A DNA stretch of 64,000 nt, taken from NCBI GenBank assembly GCA_942490955.1, contig CALNZE010000069.1, positions 4,776 through 68,775 of the forward strand. The letters run 5' to 3'. The stretch is from an uncultured Alphaproteobacteria bacterium (lineage in GTDB: Bacteria; Pseudomonadota; Alphaproteobacteria; Rhizobiales; HXMU1428-3). The translations under genes were made by a program, and so were the position numbers. This document shows positions 33,908-45,054 of the stretch, in pieces. The notes below the pieces were generated by a model, which was given only the letters and a program-made list of their open reading frames with translations, made no database searches and was not told where the DNA came from. Each line of letters starts with the position of its first letter. Positions within the stretch are counted from its first letter, which is position 1.

Positions 33908-36900
33908 TCAGCCTTGCGCCGCGTCAAATTCTCTGACCGCAGCCGCATCCCGCGCGCTCAATTCCGGATAGTCCGCATCGCTGCCAACATCATCGGTAAT
34001 CCGCCAGGACCGGGCGCATTTTTCACCCGAAGCCATTTTTGGCACAACGGCGACACCCGCCACATCCTCCAGCACAAAGCCATCGGCCTCGCCTTGCCGC
34101 CGGTTAACGTCGCCCCACTGGTGATGGCGATCTCCGCCCAGTCCAGCCCCTGGGCCGCCGCCAGCAGCGCCTCGTCTTCAATGAAAATCTCCGGCGCCGA
34201 CTCGAGCGATGAGCCAATGCGCTTTTCACGCCGCTCAACCTCAAGCGCCCCGGTTACAACCCGGCGCACTGTCCGCACTTTTTCCCACTTTGCGGCCAGC
34301 GCCTCATCCCGCCACTCGGAGGGCACAGCGGGGAAATCTCTGAGATGCACCGACTTCGCCTCATCCTCAACACGGGATTGCCAGACCTCTTCCATGGTAA
34401 ACACCAGCATCGGCGCCAGCCAGGCCGTTAGCTTGTCAAATAACTCATCAAGCACGGTGAGCGACGCTTGCCGCACCGGCGAAGATAGCGCGTCGCAATA
34501 AAGCGCATCTTTACGGATGTCGAAGTAAAAGGCCGAAAGCTCCACGGTGCAGAAATTGAAAATCGCATGGAAAGCTTTTTTAAAGTCATAGGCCTCATAG
34601 GCGCCGCGCACCTGGCCATCAAGCTCAGCCAGCCGGTGCAGCATCACCCGCTCCAGCTCCGGCATGTCTTTATAGTACACCCGATTGGCCGGCTCATAAT
34701 GGTGCAGATTGCCCAGCAGGAACCGCAGCGTGTTCCGCAGCTTTCGGTAGCTCTCAACACTGGTCTTGATCATCTCCGGACCGATGCGCTGATCTTCCTG
34801 ATAATCCGTCGACATCACCCATAGCCGCAGAATATCCGCGCCATATTGTTTGATGATGTCCTGCGGGGCCACCGAATTGCCGGTTGATTTCGACATCTTC
34901 TTGCCCTTGCCATCCAGCGTGAAGCCATGGGTCAGCACCGCCTTGAAGGGCGCGCGGCCCCTGGTGCCGCAGCTCTCCAATAGAGAGTGCTGGAACCAGC
35001 CACGATGCTGATCCGAACCTTCAAGATAAAGATCCGCCGGTGAGCGCAGGTTATCCCGCCCCTCCAGCACAAACGCATGTGTCGAGCCGCTGTCAAACCA
35101 GACATCAAGAATGTCCATCACCTGGGTCCATTCATCCGGGTTATCAACGAGCCCATCGAGATAGCGCGCCTTCGCCCCCTCCGCAAACCAGGCATCCGCC
35201 CCGCCCTCATCAAACGATGTTTCGATCCGCTCGATCAGCTCATCAGATTTATCAAAATCCTTCGACGGGATGATCGCCCCGGTCTCCTTTTGGGTAAAGA
35301 TGGTGATCGGCACGCCCCAGGCCCGCTGGCGAGACAACACCCAGTCCGGCCGGTTCTCAACCATCGCCTTCAGCCGGTTATGGCCAGCAGGCGGCACAAA
35401 TTGTGTTTTTTCAATCTCTGCCAGCGCAATCTCGCGGATTGATGAGCCATTATGCTCACCCGGCACTTCAATGCTCTTGTCCACCGCCACAAACCATTGC
35501 GGCGTCGCGCGGAAAATGACCGGCGCTTTCGAGCGCCAGCTATGCGGATATTGATGCCGGAGTTTACCGCGCGCCATCAGGGCGTTGGCCTTACCCAGCT
35601 CTTCAATCACCCGGTTATTGGCATTGCCAAACTTGCCCTTCTGGTTGATCACCAGCGCCGGCTCATCGCCGCCAAACAACGGCACATCCTTGTGGTAGTG
35701 CCCATCGGCCTCAACCGTCTGCGGCACCGCGTCGATCCCCGCGGCCGCAAACGCCCGCTGGTTCGAGAGATAAAGCCCATAGTCATCCGCGCCATGGCCC
35801 GGCGCGATATGCACAAAGCCGGTGCCGGTATCATCGGTTACAAAATCACCCGCATAAAGCTTGATCGGAAAATCATACCCCTGCCCGCGCAAGGGATGCG
35901 CGCATTCCTCAATTGATGCCGGGTCAACATCAGAAATCCGCTCAAATGCATCCACACGGGCCGCCGCAAAAACCTGTTCTGCCAGCGCATCGGAGAGCAA
36001 AAACTTCTCGCCCGTCAACGCCCAGTTATCGTCCGGCGCGTCTGTCACTTTGTAAAGACCATAAGAAAGATGCTTGCCAAACGCCACCGCCCGGTTGCCG
36101 GGAATGGTCCAGGGCGTCGTCGTCCAGATAACGACCTTCGCGCCTTCCAGCTTGTCATCATCAGCTTTCTGCACCGGAAACTTCACAAAAATCGTCGGGC
36201 TCTCATGCTCCTCATATTCAACTTCCGCCTCGGCCAGCGCTGTCTTTTCAACAACAGACCACATCACCGGCTTGAAGCCCTGATAAAGCGAGCCATTCGT
36301 CGCAAATTTCATCAATTCACTGGCGATCACTTTTTCAGCCGCATAAGTCATCGTCAGATAGCTGTTGTCCCAGTCACCCAGGATGCCGAGCCGCTGCATC
36401 TCACCTCGCTGCACGCCAACCCACTCATCGGCAAAAGCGCGGCATTCGGCGCGAAATTCATTCACCGGCACATCGTCTTTATTCTTGCCCTTCTTGCGGT
36501 ATTTCTCCTCAACCTTCCATTCAATCGGCAGACCGTGGCAATCCCAGCCATGAATATAGGGGCTATCAAAGCCGAGCATCGTCCGGGATCTGGAGACGAC
36601 ATCTTTCAGCGTTTTATTCAGCGCGTGGCCAATATGGATGTTGCCATTGGCATAGGGCGGCCCGTCATGCAGGATAAACTGCTCCCGCCCGGCGCTCTTC
36701 TCTCTGATTTTCTGGTAAAGGTCGATCTTTTCCCAGCCTTCAAGAAAGCCTGGCTCACGCATCGGCAACCCGGCCTTCATCGGAAAGCTGGTTTGCGGCA
36801 AAAACAAAGTCTCACGCCAGTCCCGGCCCATCGCCTCTTGTGCCTGGCCGCCCGCCTTGCCAGACGTTTTGGCATTTTTGTCAGACTGAGACTTACCCAC

Positions 36901-36918
36901 CGCTTTGCTATCGGACAT
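33908..36918 (-). CDS. ileS: Isoleucine--tRNA ligase; frameshift near 34090
   Basis: [12 protein letters not shown] and KMSKS. The shifted C-terminus [15 protein letters not shown]...GEKCARSWR...SARDAAAV ends at TGA 33908-33910. Confidence 0.97.
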
Positions 36919-37059
36919 TGCTTAACCTTTGACCCTTCAAAATACGATCATTCAAAATAACTGCGCGACCACCCATTGCAGCGCACAGCAGCCAGTTAAT
37001 TGATTGGTTTTTTCACTTGAGGGGGGCACTGTCAAGGGCGGAGAAACCCCATCACGAAA

Positions 37060-38049
37060 CTAGCGGTTAAACCCACACAAAACAGCGCAAACCACCCGGA
37101 AACCCGGCCGGACCAGCAAATTAGGCTTTGGCCAGAGAATCTGCCGCGCGGCCGCGCAGTCCGCATCCATCTGTGCGCGAAGGCCATCCATATCGCCAAA
37201 TTTCATATCCCCGCGAATAAAGTCGACAAATTCCACCCCGATCTCAGCGCCATAAAGGTTCCCATCAAAATCAAACAGAAACACCTCCAGCACCGGCGCA
37301 TCATTGTCAAAGCTCGGCCGCTTGCCATAATAAGCCGCCGCCTGATAGCGCTTGCCATCATGATGAACAAAGGCCGCATAAATCCCATGATGCAGATGAC
37401 AACCCGGCGGCAGCGCGATATTCGCGGTTGGAAAGCCAAGGCCTTCACCGCGCCCGGCGCCGCTGACGACCTCGCCCTCAACCCGCCAGTTGCGGCCAAG
37501 GATCTCTGCCGCGCGCCGCACCTGGCCTTCTTCCAGCGCATCCCGCACCCCGGTTGAGGAATAGATCAGCCCGCCATCCCCGGTCGGGCGGACAATCGTC
37601 ACACCAAAGCCGTGGGCGGCGCCAAGCTGCCGCATCAATTCAGGATTGCCGCCCCGCTTGGCCCCAAAAAAGAAATCATAGCCTATAACCACATGCGAAA
37701 CGCCGACGCCGGCCACCAGAATATCACCGACAAAGGCCTCCGCTGTCTGACTGGAGAGCTCTTTATCAAACGGCACGGCAAGGGAGAAATCCAGCCCGAG
37801 TTGGGCAAAAACCGCCTGCTTCTGGCGCTCACTGGTGAGCATGAAAAGCGGGGTATCAGGGGAGAAAAACTGCCGCGGATGCGGCGAGAAAAACATAACA
37901 CCGGCCGGCTTGCCGCTGCTACGCGCCTCATTCAGCGCCGCGTCCAGCACGGCTTTATGGCCGCGATGCACCCCGTCAAAATTGCCAATCGCCAGCACCG
38001 CTCCCTTTAATGAAGCGGGCACATCGTCATAACCTGTCAGCTGTTCCAT
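37060..38049 (-). CDS. ribF: Bifunctional riboflavin kinase/FAD synthetase
   Basis: GNFDGVHRGH, SSTGVR and GFPTAN. The true stop may be TAA at 37121-37123. Confidence 0.95.
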   Translation of the reverse strand: MEQLTGYDDVPASLKGAVLAIGNFDGVHRGHKAVLDAALNEARSSGKPAGVMFFSPHPRQFFSPDTPLFMLTSERQKQAVFAQLGLDFSLAVPFDKELSSQTAEAFVGDILVAGVGVSHVVIGYDFFFGAKRGGNPELMRQLGAAHGFGVTIVRPTGDGGLIYSSTGVRDALEEGQVRRAAEILGRNWRVEGEVVSGAGRGEGLGFPTANIALPPGCHLHHGIYAAFVHHDGKRYQAAAYYGKRPSFDNDAPVLEVFLFDFDGNLYGAEIGVEFVDFIRGDMKFGDMDGLRAQMDADCAAARQILWPKPNLLVRPGFRVVCAVLCGFNR

Positions 38050-38102
38050 GCCGCACCATAAAGAGAAAGGCCTCGGGGTTTTAAAATTTTACAGTCGTGA
38101 GC

Positions 38103-38543
38103 CTATGATTTGTCCCGAGAGGGCACCATCATCACCGCTTCGCCCTGCAAAACGGTGCGGTTTCGCACCTTGCAATAGCAGCTCAGCACCACAACCCGGC
38201 GGTGAAAATTGATTTTCTCAACTTTAACACCAGCCAATACCACATCACCAATGCGAACAGGCGCCCTGAAAACCAGATCCTGGTGCAGATAAATGCTGCC
38301 CGGTCCCGGCAGTTTGGTGCCCAAAATGGTGGAGAGGAAGCTGGCGGTCAGCAGCCCGTGCGCAATCCGCCCTTTAAACCGGGTGGTTTTGGCATAGTCT
38401 TCATCGAGATGGACAGGGTTCGTATCACCCGAGACTTCAGCAAAGCTCTCAATAAGCTTTTCGGTAATCTCCCGCTCATAGGTCTCTTCCATACCCACTT
38501 CAAGATCTTCGATCAGATAACCACCGGTTAATGGATTGATCAT
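38103..38543 (-). CDS. MaoC-family (R)-specific enoyl-CoA hydratase
   Basis: FAEVSGDTNPVH and RIAHG...LPGPG. Confidence 0.92.
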   Translation of the reverse strand: MINPLTGGYLIEDLEVGMEETYEREITEKLIESFAEVSGDTNPVHLDEDYAKTTRFKGRIAHGLLTASFLSTILGTKLPGPGSIYLHQDLVFRAPVRIGDVVLAGVKVEKINFHRRVVVLSCYCKVRNRTVLQGEAVMMVPSRDKS

Positions 38544-38916
38544 AAATTTCCGTCCCTCTCTTAAAGGTCACCGGACCCCAATTTCATTCCGGTTACCCTG
38601 ATGCGGCGTCCTCAAACAAAAACCGCTGTCGATAAATTACATTCGCGCTGCTGTGGTCCTATAGCAACTTTTCAGCTATTTCAACCGCCTCCTTCGACCA
38701 GCCATAGCGGCCGCATCACCCGCCAGCCTGAATGAAAGATATTTTTAGACCTGTCCGCATAATCATTAACCTTATTTTTAATTCCTGCGGCTATTCTTGA
38801 CCTCGAATTAAAGGGTGCAGTTACCAGCCGGTCTTTTGCATCATCAACCCGGCCCCGATGGGTCGTATTGCGTAAATTTTGCAGGCTTTCTGCACATAGG
38901 GGAAATGGAGAGCGTA

Positions 38917-39300
38917 ATGGCAATTGATCTTCAAATGCCAGTTCTGGTGGTCGACGATTATAAAACAATGATCCGCATCATTCGGAACCTTCTTAAACAA
39001 CTCGGATTTTCAGACATTGATGACGCCGCCGATGGCACAGAAGCGCTGGAAAAAATGCGTCAGCGCTCTTATGGCCTGATCGTCTCCGACTGGAATATGG
39101 AGCCAATGACCGGTTATGAACTTCTCAAGGAAGTTCGCTCAGACGAACGCCTGATGAAAACTCCTTTCATCATGGTCACCGCTGAATCAAAGACCGAGAA
39201 TGTGATCGCTGCTAAAAAGGCCGGTGTAAACAACTACATCGTTAAGCCGTTTAACGCCGCGACACTCAGCGCAAAAATCAACGCAGTATTTGGCGAATAA
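38917..39300 (+). CDS. cheY: Chemotaxis response regulator CheY (orphan)
   Basis: VLVVDD, SDWNMEPMTG, MVTAE and YIVKPF; GGAG before ATG 38917. Confidence 0.92.
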   Translation: MAIDLQMPVLVVDDYKTMIRIIRNLLKQLGFSDIDDAADGTEALEKMRQRSYGLIVSDWNMEPMTGYELLKEVRSDERLMKTPFIMVTAESKTENVIAAKKAGVNNYIVKPFNAATLSAKINAVFGE

Positions 39301-39381
39301 TGATTAAAAGAGGGAGCTCTGCCACCAGGCCGCTCCCCTCATTCGTCTGCATTAGTTCCATGCGTAGCAGGAGATTACCGA

Positions 39382-40077
39382 ATGGCCGACGCCAACTGCG
39401 CCAACACGTGCGCCCCAGAAATTTGTGTCACAGAGAAATGCATCACAGAAAATGGCGCACAACCCACCCCGACTGATCACCCAAGTGACACCAACGAGGT
39501 TTTCTCCCTCACCGAAGTGCTGCATCTGGCACAAAGCTCCGTTAAAACCCTGAAAGATTTTCTTGATCGCCTTGATGACACAGTCGGTGATGATTTCCAC
39601 CAGATTATGGATCGCATCTCCCAGACAAGGGAAGATGTCAAACAGCTGAATGTCAAAGGCAGCGACGTCTGCCCGATCTCTGACGCTGAAAATGAGCTGA
39701 AACTTGTTGTCCAGGCAACGGAAGACGCGACCCATCGCATCATGGAATCCGCTGAGACCATCATGACAGCCGACGCCACCGACCAGGCCAGCTACCACCG
39801 CCTGGTCGAAAATAACATCATGGAGATTTTTGAGGCGTGCTCTTTCCAGGACATCACCGGCCAGCGCATCAACCGCGTTGTCGATACCCTCGAATTTGTC
39901 GATTACCGCATCCACAAAATCGCCGCCCTGCTTGGCCTCGATACAGACGGCAACCGCCGCGAATTTGATGAAAAAGCCTTTTACGAAAAGCTGCAGCGCA
40001 AGGATGATCTCATCCTGCACGGGCCGCAGCAATTGGCAGAAGGCGTCAGCCAGTCAGAAATTGACGACCTTTTCTAG
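39382..40077 (+). CDS. cheZ: CheZ-family phosphatase with a Cys-rich N-terminal extension
   Basis: TEDATHRIM, EACSFQDITGQRI catalytic motif and C-terminal LHGPQ...SQSEIDDLF. Confidence 0.88.
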   Translation: MADANCANTCAPEICVTEKCITENGAQPTPTDHPSDTNEVFSLTEVLHLAQSSVKTLKDFLDRLDDTVGDDFHQIMDRISQTREDVKQLNVKGSDVCPISDAENELKLVVQATEDATHRIMESAETIMTADATDQASYHRLVENNIMEIFEACSFQDITGQRINRVVDTLEFVDYRIHKIAALLGLDTDGNRREFDEKAFYEKLQRKDDLILHGPQQLAEGVSQSEIDDLF

Positions 40078-40107
40078 GCACAATGTGATGGTCAAAGGCA
40101 CTGCATG

Positions 40108-40142
40108 AAAAAACCGGTCCATTAATAGAGACCGGTTTTTTT
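40108..40142. terminator. Bidirectional rho-independent terminator
   Basis: AAAAAACCGGTC ... GACCGGTTTTTT between convergent genes. Confidence 0.85.
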
Positions 40143-40143
40143 G

Positions 40144-41022
40144 TCACCACTGCAGCTTCGTCATCGCAGCCAATGGCGCGCCTTCAAGCGGTGCGAACAA
40201 TTCTTCCAATGCCGCCTCATCCAGCCCGCCCGCCGCATGCAGCCCGCTGGCAACGAACAACCCATCAAACCCGGCATCAAACGCCCCCGGCATGTCCGTC
40301 TTCAGCCCGTCGCCAATACAAAGGACATCGCGGCGTTTGGGCACTGGTCGGTCGCCGAATCTGGCCCGGTAGCACTCCCCCATCACGGACATCGCCAGGT
40401 CATATATCGGCGCATAGGGCTTGCCGGCATAAAGCACGCTGCCGCCAAGCTCGGCGTAAAGCTGCGCCAGAGCGCCAGCGCAATAGACCAGCCTGTCTCC
40501 GCGCTCAACCATCAGGTCAGGGTTCGCGCAAATCAGCGTCTGCCCCCGGCTCGCAGCGCCAGTTAACATGTCGCGGTAATCCTCCGGCCCCTCAACCTCA
40601 TCATCCAGCAACCCTGTCAACAGGATCACCTCCGCCGCCTCAAGCGCCACGGGCGAAATTCCAGCTTGCTCGATCATCGCATGGTCCCGCGCCGGGCCGA
40701 GATGAAAAATACCTTTTTCCTTATTTTGGGAAATGAGATGCTGCGCCACATCGCCAGAGGAAACTATCGCGTCATAGCAATCATCCGGCACAGCGAACTC
40801 AGCAAGCTGTTCTGCCACCGAATAAGCCGGGCGCGGCGCGTTGGTGATCAGCACAACAACACCGCCCTGCCCCTCGCGCCCACCCTCTGCCTGAAAGCGC
40901 CGGCAGGCCTCAACCGCCTCCTCAAAACCGTCGCGCCCGTTATGCATCACACCCCAAATGTCACAGAGCCACACATCATAGCGCTGCGCCAGTGGCGCTA
41001 CAGAGTTTATCAGGGGGATCAT
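40144..41022 (-). CDS. HAD-superfamily class IIA hydrolase (TIGR01459-like)
   Basis: CDIWGVMHNG, TNAPR, CANPD, GKP and IGDGLKTD. Confidence 0.92.
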   Translation of the reverse strand: MIPLINSVAPLAQRYDVWLCDIWGVMHNGRDGFEEAVEACRRFQAEGGREGQGGVVVLITNAPRPAYSVAEQLAEFAVPDDCYDAIVSSGDVAQHLISQNKEKGIFHLGPARDHAMIEQAGISPVALEAAEVILLTGLLDDEVEGPEDYRDMLTGAASRGQTLICANPDLMVERGDRLVYCAGALAQLYAELGGSVLYAGKPYAPIYDLAMSVMGECYRARFGDRPVPKRRDVLCIGDGLKTDMPGAFDAGFDGLFVASGLHAAGGLDEAALEELFAPLEGAPLAAMTKLQW

Positions 41023-41172
41023 GAAACGGCTCCCGGGTGAATGGCAAGAAAGCGACCCGAAGAAAACAGCCGGCATTAAACACCGCAACTTCGGATCACG
41101 CCGTTAGATCGCAAAAAATGCGCAGACACGCAACCCGGCCCACTGTCGCAGGGACGCGTTAGCGCTGTGAGA

Positions 41173-42996
41173 TCACGCCGCCTCGGTTGATTGATTATCA
41201 AACACCTCGGGCCGCACCGGTTTTGGCTCACAAAACAACACGCCCTGTGAATGTTTGACATTATAATCCCGCAGTTGACGCACCACAGCTTCCCGCTCAA
41301 CCTGGTCAACAATCATGCGGATATTCAGCCGGCTGAGATAATGATCAAGATCGGCCGAATGGATCTGGGCCCGCGCCCCTTCCATATTGCCAAGCAACAG
41401 GCTGGCGCTGATTTTCACAAACGCAAAATTCATTTCAGCCAGCGCCTTGAAGTCAATATCAAGCTGGCTGATCCTGTCCATCGAGAAGCGGAAGCCCAGC
41501 TTGGCAATGGCCGCCAGCCGCTCATGCTCAAAGCTGCCGGCCTCATCCATCGCGTCTTGCGAAAATTCAAAAACCATATGTTCTGAAAGCCAGCTATTGG
41601 CCTCCATAAAGTCCATGAACTCGGCGAAAAACTCCGCATCCCGCAGCGAGCTCAGGGAAAGATTGCAAAAAACCACCCGCCCCTTGCCGCGCTCCACCAA
41701 GCGCTGCACCACCTGAATGACCCGCAGGATCGTCTGGTTGTCAATAATCGGCGCCAGCTCCGCCGCTTCCGCCACCGGCATGAAATCACGCGGCAACACC
41801 AGCTGGCCAAGATCATTGCGAAGCCGCGAGAAGGCTTCATAAAAGGCTAGCTCCCGGCTCGGCAGCGACACAATCGGCTGCAGATAAAGCTCGATCCGAT
41901 CAGCCTCTATCGCGTCATTGATGGTGGCCAGAAGGCTGCCACCATCGGTGCCATCTTCTGCCTTTGCATCCTCATTCTGCTCAGCGGCCTTCGCCGCAAC
42001 CTTCACTTCAACCTGGCTGGCCTCAGATGCCTCACCCGTCTCGTTAGCATCCTCACCATTAGCATCAGCATCAGGCCGCTCAGCCATTATCTCTTTCAGC
42101 GACATCTCATTTTGCGTCATGGCGGCAGCCTCAGCAGCTGTTGGCGGCAGGCCAGCACCACCGCCCTGTGGCGCGGCCGCCAATGGCAACGCCGCCACCC
42201 CGCCAGCAAGCGGCTTACCCAGCGGGCCGGCAACCGGGTTGACCAATGGCAGCGGCGGCGCCAGATGCCCGGCATGCGCTGCAGGTGCCATGACGCCCGG
42301 CAATTGCCGCAAGCCGCGAATGGCCTCTAAGGCCTGGGAGGCAAAGGGCCCCGTGCCCGCCGCTTCCGAGCGACTCATCTGCTGCACCACCAGCTCCAGC
42401 ACATCAAGCTGCGCCCGCATCAGCGTATATTGCTGCAGCGAGGCGTTGTCATAGCGGTGCTCATGCAGCTGCATCTGGTTTGAAAGCCGCTGAAACTCGC
42501 CCTGCAATTCGCCAAGCTGCGCGCTTTGTTGGCTTAGCTGCTTCAGGTCAGCGGTGCCAGCGCCCTCGCCTTTGTCCTTCTGGCCGCGTTTCGCCAGCTT
42601 GTAGACGGACTTGATCCGGCTGTCATATTGATCAATCCGGCCGACAATAATCCTTAGCGCTTTCTCCAGCGCGTCCTGGCCCGCCGAGAGCTCATTATGC
42701 CCCTCGGCCAACAGATCCGTGACCTCAACTTCTTTTTTCAGCTTGGTAACATCCTGGCTCAACTGCTCCAGCCGGCCATCAATCAGCCGCTTCAGCCGCA
42801 TCCGGGTGATCAGAAAATGCGCCGAGAGCAACCAGATAAACAGGCCAGAGCCAACACAAAGCGACGGCACAACACCAAAGCCCGCCTGCATATAAGCGCC
42901 CAGCGCCACCGCCGTGCCCATCAGCGCGACAACCGCTGTCACCAACACATCCTGAAGGCGGCTCACATCCCGTGACCCGGCCGCATTATCAGCCAT
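41173..42996 (-). CDS. Membrane-anchored coiled-coil protein with a degenerate EAL domain (TipF-like)
   Basis: Two N-terminal TM helices, a coiled coil, and LYLQPIV...FYEAFSRL. Catalytic positions are altered (VFEF, SMDRI, VDQVE). Confidence 0.8.
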   Translation of the reverse strand: MADNAAGSRDVSRLQDVLVTAVVALMGTAVALGAYMQAGFGVVPSLCVGSGLFIWLLSAHFLITRMRLKRLIDGRLEQLSQDVTKLKKEVEVTDLLAEGHNELSAGQDALEKALRIIVGRIDQYDSRIKSVYKLAKRGQKDKGEGAGTADLKQLSQQSAQLGELQGEFQRLSNQMQLHEHRYDNASLQQYTLMRAQLDVLELVVQQMSRSEAAGTGPFASQALEAIRGLRQLPGVMAPAAHAGHLAPPLPLVNPVAGPLGKPLAGGVAALPLAAAPQGGGAGLPPTAAEAAAMTQNEMSLKEIMAERPDADANGEDANETGEASEASQVEVKVAAKAAEQNEDAKAEDGTDGGSLLATINDAIEADRIELYLQPIVSLPSRELAFYEAFSRLRNDLGQLVLPRDFMPVAEAAELAPIIDNQTILRVIQVVQRLVERGKGRVVFCNLSLSSLRDAEFFAEFMDFMEANSWLSEHMVFEFSQDAMDEAGSFEHERLAAIAKLGFRFSMDRISQLDIDFKALAEMNFAFVKISASLLLGNMEGARAQIHSADLDHYLSRLNIRMIVDQVEREAVVRQLRDYNVKHSQGVLFCEPKPVRPEVFDNQSTEAA

Positions 42997-43329
42997 CTAA
43001 AAATCCTCTTGTGGCAAAGTCCGGTTACTGCCAGTTAAACGCTTGACGGTAAAAGGGATTTGGCACCCCAAAATCCAACCCACACCCCGAATCACAATCA
43101 GAGCGCACCAAATGAGCTTTCACGGCTTTGGCGCTGACTGCAAGCGATTGAACAAGCTTATCCAGAACTGCGTTTCTCCCCCTGCCACCAGCGGCATGAA
43201 AAGCCCGGCGGAGGTAACCAAATTTGTAAATAATCTGTCAGTCACTTGCAGCACCCCGCCCCGCCGCGTAAATCTCACTATAGAAACAATCAGCCAAGGC
43301 AGCCGCCGCTGCGCAAGAGGCAAGCCAAT

Positions 43330-45021
43330 TTGTCCCAGGGTCAAAAATTTGCATTCTTCCTCACCATCCTGGTGGCGATCCCCGTTTTTGCGGTCGGGCT
43401 GCTCGGCCTTTACGCCATCAACAACGATCTGAAAACCTACCGGCTGGAAGACCAGCAATCAGCCGAGCGCAGCCTCGCCGCCCTGGCTGAAAAAATAAAT
43501 CAGATGCTGCTGGTTGAAAGCCGCTCCATCAGGCGCGAAGCCGAGACGCTGCAGAAGCGCGATCTTTGGGGCTTGCGCTGCATCTTTCAGAAAAGCTGCC
43601 AGCCCTATGAGGAAAAGCGCATCGACCTCATCATCTCCTACGATGAAAATGGCGACCAGCTCTATCCACCGCCTGACAGCGCCGCCCAGCTCTATTCCGA
43701 AAGCCGCGCCCTCAAACAGGTCGCGGCCTCCCTCACCGCCGCCCGCGCTCAACTGCAAAGCTTGCAGGCCCCGGCAAGAGAAACCGGCGTCTGGTCAAGC
43801 TACCAGTCTCCTGCCGGCCAGCAGCTCCTGACCTGCTGGCAAAGCGCCGATGGCCTGACGCTCTGCGTCGCCCTCACCCGCGATTGGCTGATCAGCAAAA
43901 CAGCCGCCGCGTTACAAAACGCCCTGGATGAAATAACCCTGCCACGGCAACTTATGCCCGCCGTTGGCCCGGATGCCATCATCAAGCTGATTGATCTGGA
44001 CGGCAGCACCCTCTGGACGAATGATCCCGGCGTGTCACCTGCTACGACAGATACAGACATAGAGACAGATACTGAGAAAGAGATTGAGCCCGAGCCGAAC
44101 AGCGCCACAAACACCGTGACCCGCCAGCTAGAAAACCCCCTCTATTTCTGGCGGTTGGAACTCGCCCGCACCAGCCCCATAGGTAACACCTTCCCCCTCA
44201 CCCTGCTTGCCCTGATAATTCCCATCACCGCCCTGTTGCTGCTCATCGCCAGAGCCTTGCTACAAAGCCAGCGCGCCGCTCTTGCCGAGGCAGAGGAGCG
44301 CGCCAATTTTGCCGCCAGCATTTCCCATGAACTGCGCACCCCCCTCACCAATCTCCAGCTATATGCCGACCTCATCCTGGCCAAGGCACCAACCCTGCCA
44401 GCCCCGGAGGGCGACGCCATCACCAACTACACAAAAGTCATCGCCTCTGAGAGCAGCCGCCTTTCCGAACTGGTCAACAACGCCCTGACCATCGCCAGAA
44501 CACCCGAGGGCGACGCCCGCCAGAAAACCGCCGCCATACCTGATCATATCATCCTCGAAACCCTGAACCGCCTCGCCCCACTGCTCGAAGGGCAAACCGG
44601 CAAAATCAGCCAGAACCTCAATGCCGGCACAAAGGTGATGATCGACCGCCCGGCGCTCGAGCAGATCCTCGTCAACCTTCTCGATAACGCCCGCAAATAT
44701 GCTGGCGGCGCGCGCATCCGCATCTCCTCCCGCCAGCAGGGCAACCAGCTCACCCTCACCGTCAGAGATTGGGGCACCGCCTTCTCCCCGCCGGATCAAA
44801 AAACATTATTTTCCCCCTTTTTCCGCGGCCGCAAATCTTTACCGGACAGCGAAAAAAAACCGGCCCACCCCCTCCAGGAAGGTTTCGGCCTTGGGCTTGC
44901 TGTTTGCAACCAGCTTTGCCTCGCCAACAATGGCAGCATTCGCGCCGAGCAGGCCAACCCCGGCGCCCGCTTTATCGTGGTGCTTGAAACCAGCCCCGCA
45001 CCGCCCCAAACTGACCGTTAA
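43330..45021 (+). CDS. Sensor histidine kinase
   Basis: Two TM helices, ISHELRTPLT H-box, NLLDNARKY, VRDWG and GFGLGL. TTG start at 43330 follows AAGAGG (ORF is open from 43246). Confidence 0.92.
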   Translation: MSQGQKFAFFLTILVAIPVFAVGLLGLYAINNDLKTYRLEDQQSAERSLAALAEKINQMLLVESRSIRREAETLQKRDLWGLRCIFQKSCQPYEEKRIDLIISYDENGDQLYPPPDSAAQLYSESRALKQVAASLTAARAQLQSLQAPARETGVWSSYQSPAGQQLLTCWQSADGLTLCVALTRDWLISKTAAALQNALDEITLPRQLMPAVGPDAIIKLIDLDGSTLWTNDPGVSPATTDTDIETDTEKEIEPEPNSATNTVTRQLENPLYFWRLELARTSPIGNTFPLTLLALIIPITALLLLIARALLQSQRAALAEAEERANFAASISHELRTPLTNLQLYADLILAKAPTLPAPEGDAITNYTKVIASESSRLSELVNNALTIARTPEGDARQKTAAIPDHIILETLNRLAPLLEGQTGKISQNLNAGTKVMIDRPALEQILVNLLDNARKYAGGARIRISSRQQGNQLTLTVRDWGTAFSPPDQKTLFSPFFRGRKSLPDSEKKPAHPLQEGFGLGLAVCNQLCLANNGSIRAEQANPGARFIVVLETSPAPPQTDR

Positions 45022-45054
45022 ACAAATTATCATTTCCAGGGACGCACAACGCCC

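Noticed and set aside
33339-36918. Programmed frameshifting or pseudogenes in ileS and lspA
   Set aside because: No slippery heptamers, the genes are essential, and similar indels are scattered across the window; assembly error is simpler.
38760-38830. CtrA sites upstream of cheY
   Set aside because: TTAA half-sites are spaced 8-9 nt rather than 7.
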